Source: Mobula hypostoma (lineage: Eukaryota). From it: DNA of 64,000 bases. The translations under genes and the position numbers were made by a program. Positions 62,501 through 64,000 of this stretch are shown piece after piece; within the stretch, counting starts at the first letter, position 1, and every line of letters starts with the position of its first letter. The notes under the pieces were generated by a model. The model was not told the origin of the DNA. It ran no database searches and worked only from the letters and a program-made list of their open reading frames with translations. The stretch lies in the NCBI RefSeq assembly GCF_963921235.1, contig NC_086108.1, forward strand, positions 101,062,001-101,126,000, given 5' to 3'.

Positions 62501-62666
62501 TTTAAAACAATTTACCTTTTGGACAATAAACTGAGGTCATTTCATCATTTAGCATGAAGTTCGGGGTGAAGTGAATGTACCGCCCCTTCTCACCACATCC
62601 ACCATACTGCAGGGTGTACGGGGCATCTCCATATTTAAGATAGGATTCAGCAACGATCACATTCGC
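11288..62666 (-). CDS. CLCA: CLCA-family gene (chloride channel accessory / zincin self-cleaving protease), partial: 11 coding exons, about 678 aa, open at both ends
   Basis: The exons listed below splice in frame with GT-AG sites. They encode the HEWAH metalloprotease motif, Cys-rich region, vWA MIDAS (DDSGS, GGTSIC, LTDG), beta-rich domain and FnIII start ([11 protein letters not shown]). Paralog identity cannot be resolved by eye. Confidence 0.96.
11570..12695 (+). mobile_element. Rex1-like 3' fragment interrupted by an inverted Rex-type tail (about 11892-12250)
   Basis: L.NF.RC..SILT.GITVW...LQRVV..AQ.I...AASII.DP motif; tail resumes at about 12250. Confidence 0.75.
12805..13295 (+). mobile_element. 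5'-truncated CR1 3' end
   Basis: [18 protein letters not shown] motif and ttctatgtttcta tail; same subfamily as 1-1100. Confidence 0.88.
13690..14205 (+). mobile_element. Penelope-like element 3' fragment
   Basis: Decayed GIY-YIG C-terminus ([19 protein letters not shown]), pyrimidine-rich UTR and terminal repeat with a degenerate hammerhead. Confidence 0.8.
15362..16223 (+). mobile_element. Solo LTR, 862 bp, TSD GAGG
   Basis: Terminal inverted TGTTACG...CGTAACA; GAGG at 15358-15361 and 16224-16227; TATA-like gataaaaag near 15592, AATAAA near 16135. Confidence 0.9.
16990..18097 (+). mobile_element. Rex1/Babar-like LINE RT 3' half
   Basis: [15 protein letters not shown] and KFADD motifs; (gattct) tail. 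Confidence 0.85.
19531..19950 (+). mobile_element. Short RTE-like element (same family as 3358-3670)
   Basis: Direct similarity to the reverse complement of 3358-3670. Confidence 0.55.
20331..20498 (-). CDS. CLCA: CLCA exon 12 equivalent: [15 protein letters not shown]...GRYAVKV...[13 protein letters not shown] (self-cleavage region)
   Basis: 168 nt, ctttag| and |gtaata. Confidence 0.94.
22850..23380 (+). mobile_element. Rex1-like 3' fragment (second subfamily)
   Basis: [26 protein letters not shown]; aataaacttaaacttg tail. Confidence 0.75.
24169..24430 (-). CDS. CLCA: CLCA exon 11 equivalent: IGTWIYSIQ...[12 protein letters not shown]...[10 protein letters not shown]
   Basis: 262 nt, tcctag| and |gtagga; found by manual translation. 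Confidence 0.93.
25020..25590 (-). mobile_element. CR1 3' end
   Basis: (cataaga) tail on the plus strand; ORF2 C-terminus in reverse. Confidence 0.8.
26128..26401 (+). repeat. Gypsy 5' LTR (274 bp; TG start mutated to TA)
   Basis: Aligns to 30181-30467; ends gttaca; internal AATAAA. Confidence 0.9.
26404..26415 (+). promoter_or_regulatory. Primer-binding site, tRNA-Trp-like
   Basis: TGGTGACCTCGA, one change from TGGTGACCCCGA (complement of the tRNA-Trp 3' end), 2 nt after the LTR. Confidence 0.75.
26442..27148 (+). pseudogene. gag: Gypsy gag, frameshifted
   Basis: LKLPSFW..P.LW..QAEAQF N-terminus; degenerate CX2HX9CX3C motif (WCFYH...RPPC). Confidence 0.85.
27148..30170 (+). pseudogene. 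pol: Gypsy pol (protease, RT, RNase H, integrase), disabled
   Basis: [24 protein letters not shown]; YxDD motif reads *FDD at 28106; [32 protein letters not shown]; several stops and frameshifts. Confidence 0.93.
30181..30467 (+). repeat. Gypsy 3' LTR (287 bp), preceded by a polypurine tract
   Basis: TGTGG...GACA; G-run immediately upstream. Confidence 0.9.
31085..31590 (-). mobile_element. CR1 3' end
   Basis: Reverse CR1 tail and ORF2 C-terminus. Confidence 0.75.
31590..37830 (+). mobile_element. Older CR1 ORF2 (APE + RT), split at 32890 by a younger CR1 and resuming at 36292
   Basis: LNARSIRNK and ITESWL APE motifs; gagaaggtgctc and aaaaagctgaaaga rejoin across the insert, as in the uninterrupted copy near 49590. 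Confidence 0.85.
32890..36291 (+). mobile_element. Younger CR1: ORF1 esterase C-half plus nearly complete ORF2 and 3' tail
   Basis: HVGTND..LHLN SGNH-esterase motifs; APE; long ORFs 33959-35053 and 35293-36009 with FADNTK; tail at about 36290. Confidence 0.93.
37835..40870 (-). mobile_element. CR1 LINE, ORF1 esterase plus ORF2, decayed
   Basis: [31 protein letters not shown] and FADD motifs on the minus strand. Confidence 0.9.
41319..41540 (-). CDS. CLCA: CLCA exon 10 equivalent: [34 protein letters not shown]...LKINGTAE
   Basis: 222 nt, tcctag| and |gtatgg. Confidence 0.94.
41668..45180 (-). mobile_element. CR1 LINE (distinct subfamily), ORF1 part plus ORF2 and tail
   Basis: YFNAKSI, FTEMWL, YYRP, MGDF and [10 protein letters not shown] motifs; tail at about 41668. 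Confidence 0.88.
45920..46446 (+). mobile_element. Penelope-like element 3' end (GIY-YIG C-terminus, UTR, terminal repeat)
   Basis: [28 protein letters not shown]; inserted in a minus-strand Rex element (about 45586-46830). Confidence 0.85.
46313..46348 (+). ncRNA. Minimal type I hammerhead ribozyme motif
   Basis: AGTC-CTGACGA-AGG..CCT-GAAA-C-GTC^GACT: stem I AGTC/GACT, stem II, GUC triplet. Confidence 0.75.
47751..47857 (-). CDS. CLCA: CLCA exon 9 equivalent: [36 protein letters not shown]
   Basis: 107 nt, ctgcag| and |gtttga; found by manual translation. Confidence 0.93.
48050..50335 (-). mobile_element. CR1 ORF2 and 3' end
   Basis: [19 protein letters not shown] and PWLTREVK motifs. Confidence 0.9.
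50747..50924 (-). CDS. CLCA: CLCA exon 8 equivalent (vWA): [20 protein letters not shown]...[21 protein letters not shown]
   Basis: 178 nt, ttgcag| and |gtaact. Confidence 0.95.
51002..51226 (-). CDS. CLCA: CLCA exon 7 equivalent (vWA): [17 protein letters not shown]...[15 protein letters not shown]
   Basis: 225 nt, gtacag| and |gtaagc. Confidence 0.95.
52324..52545 (-). CDS. CLCA: CLCA exon 6 equivalent: [19 protein letters not shown]...[13 protein letters not shown] (vWA start, MIDAS DxSxS)
   Basis: 222 nt, atccag| and |gtaaga. Confidence 0.95.
52867..53118. mobile_element. Penelope terminal-repeat insertion with a perfect 184-bp palindrome, TSD ggaagtttcagagg
   Basis: Arms 52935-53026 and 53027-53118; TSD at 52853-52866 and 53118-53131. 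Confidence 0.92.
53052..53087 (+). ncRNA. Minimal hammerhead motif (mirror copy on the minus strand at 52966-53001)
   Basis: Identical core to 46313-46348. Confidence 0.72.
53340..56230 (+). mobile_element. CR1 LINE: ORF1 (esterase), APE, RT internally deleted
   Basis: [20 protein letters not shown] and MGDFN motifs; jump near 55968 to the ORF2 C-terminus. Confidence 0.88.
56456..56621 (-). CDS. CLCA: CLCA exon 5 equivalent, Cys-rich region (Cx10Cx4Cx2Cx12C ... SIMY)
   Basis: 166 nt, tttcag| and |gtgagt; phase 2 to 0 fits the neighbouring exons. Confidence 0.93.
56850..57260 (+). mobile_element. CR1 3' end
   Basis: TRGHSLRI motif and CR1 tail. Confidence 0.8.
57350..57590 (-). mobile_element. 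V-SINE (HE1-like)
   Basis: ggaaactggagcacccggaag..cac..tgacggggagaa core in reverse. Confidence 0.7.
58240..58790 (-). mobile_element. Penelope-like 3' fragment nested in a Rex tail
   Basis: Terminal repeat, purine-rich UTR on the plus strand, decayed [10 protein letters not shown] motif in reverse. Confidence 0.78.
59273..59917 (+). mobile_element. Solo LTR, 645 bp, TSD CGAT
   Basis: TGTA...TACA ends; CGAT at 59269-59272 and 59918-59921; CCAAT near 59453. Strand inferred. Confidence 0.82.
59925..60520 (-). mobile_element. Rex1-like 3' end
   Basis: [22 protein letters not shown] on the minus strand. Confidence 0.78.
60520..61619 (+). mobile_element. Young 5'-truncated CR1 (RT C-half and tail)
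   Basis: [10 protein letters not shown] and FVDDTK motifs; one in-frame stop at 60953-60955; (ttctatgt)2 tail. Confidence 0.93.
61931..62039 (-). CDS. CLCA: CLCA exon 4 equivalent with zinc-binding motif: [37 protein letters not shown]
   Basis: 109 nt, taacag| and |gtatga. HEXXH motif; overlaps ORF 61882..62085. Confidence 0.96.
62516..62666 (-). CDS. CLCA: CLCA exon (mammalian exon 3 equivalent): [50 protein letters not shown]
   Basis: 151 nt, ccgtag| acceptor, |gtaaat donor. Conserved PYT.Q...CGEKG..IH.TP motif. Not in the ORF track. Confidence 0.93.
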
Positions 62667-63809
62667 CTACGGAAGAAATTGCAGTCTTCCATATGAACGT
62701 CCTTGCACTCGGCACAAAAGGATGACTTTCTATAGCAGAAAGACTAATACCCTGTCTGAAATAATATTACAAAAAAGCCTAAAGATCCAGTGTTAGTCTT
62801 GCTCCTCTTCTCCTCATCAGTGCTTGGCTCTGATCCCCCACTTTCCCTTATTCCAAGTGTTGCCACACTCCACGCTCTCAAAAAGTTTCTGGATCTTCTG
62901 TCACTCTGGCCTCAAGTATACGGCTCCCCATTGGCCTTGTGTGCCAGATTCTCTCCTACAGATATATTCCCTAATGCCCTCTGCTGCTCAATTCATCATG
63001 CCTCCAGAGTCTGTCCCCATCCATCTCTCAAAGCTCTAAATGAAAGAGCCAACTCCATTTTAATATTCCTGGAACCTGCTTCTATAGTTCTGAGGCAAAA
63101 TAAAGTGATAATCTCTATCCATTGCTCCCAGACACAAGGCATCCCAGTACTACTGGAAATGAGACTGCTTTCTTGGCAACCTTGGGCAGCAATACGGATA
63201 GGTCTTTGAAACCTGCACAAACACCGCCTCACAATATCTCCCAAAGGTGCTGGGATTCAAGATATCTCCCAATGACAAGAATATTTACAGGACTGCAGTC
63301 ACATACACCCCTCCCACCATCACAAGCATCAACCCCCCCCTCCACAACCTACCCACAACAACCTCTCACTGTTTCACCATTGTCAAATCCTGTACATCCT
63401 CCATCAGAGGTTATTGCTACTTATATCCTATTGTTCCATCCCTCAATGCTACCAAGTTGTGGCCCACCCACAGCAAGCCTGTCAGCTTCTTGAATGGTTT
63501 CCTAATATCAATGACTCAGTATAGTTCCAAAATGCCTCAGTCCATTCATCAGTGCTTTCAAGCTCATGTACACCAGGGTTTTAGACAGGTAGAGGATCCC
63601 ATTATCATCAAAAGAGATGCAAATAAATAAAACTTCAGTTGTTGGAATCTGAAAAATAAGCAGAAGGTGCTGGAAGAACTTAGCCAGTCAGGCAGCATCT
63701 ACAGAAAAAGAGAAAGCTGTCAAAGGTTTGGGTCAGCAGCCTTTCCCTGTCTGCGTGACTGGCAGTTCTTTAAGCATCTTTGTTTATGTTTCAAAGCCAA
63801 TTAGTTACT

Positions 63810-64000
63810 GATGCCCTCTATTGGTCAGAGTCAAACAGAGATGTTGCATCCCAGCTACCTACATGATACACAAGCCTGGGCAGTATGATATGGAGAGCAA
63901 TCTATTGCTCATGTAACAAGCTCCTGCTCTGCATGCATCCGATGAATCCAAAGTAACGACAGAGACTGATACAGTTTGGTACCAGCAACAACGCAGGAGT
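63810..64000 (-). mobile_element. 3' part of an RTE-like short element (family of 10462-11030)
   Basis: Reverse complement aligns to about 10845-11030. Confidence 0.6.

Noticed and set aside
62790..63630. Overlapping ORFs as candidate CLCA exon 2
   Set aside because: No similarity to the expected exon 2 peptide; it looks like heavily decayed repeat.

Overview
Eukaryotic genomic DNA, probably from a cartilaginous fish (shark or ray); this is inferred from the mix of CR1 LINEs, V-SINE/HE1-like SINEs, Rex1 LINEs and Penelope elements. The window lies inside one minus-strand host gene, a CLCA-family protein (calcium-activated chloride channel regulator / self-cleaving zinc metalloprotease). I traced 11 coding exons, equivalent to mammalian CLCA exons 3-13. 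All have GT-AG boundaries and compatible phases, and they splice into 2035 nt (678 codons) without a stop. The first two exons and the last exon were not found in the window. The introns are mostly transposon debris: many CR1 and Rex1 LINEs (some nested), a full-length decayed CsRn1-like Gypsy element, two solo LTRs with perfect 4-bp TSDs, a Tc1-type relic, tRNA-derived SINEs, RTE-like short elements and Penelope-like elements carrying minimal hammerhead ribozymes. Most notable: (i) the CLCA is intact but substituted next to the metal site and at the self-cleavage site; (ii) Penelope-derived zero-loop palindromes with TSDs, one folded exactly at the predicted hammerhead cleavage site; (iii) a -1 frameshift signal in the Gypsy element; (iv) a possible HDV-like ribozyme fold at the head of an RTE-like element. 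Repeat boundaries are approximate unless a TSD is given. I found no evidence for a wholly new multi-gene system.
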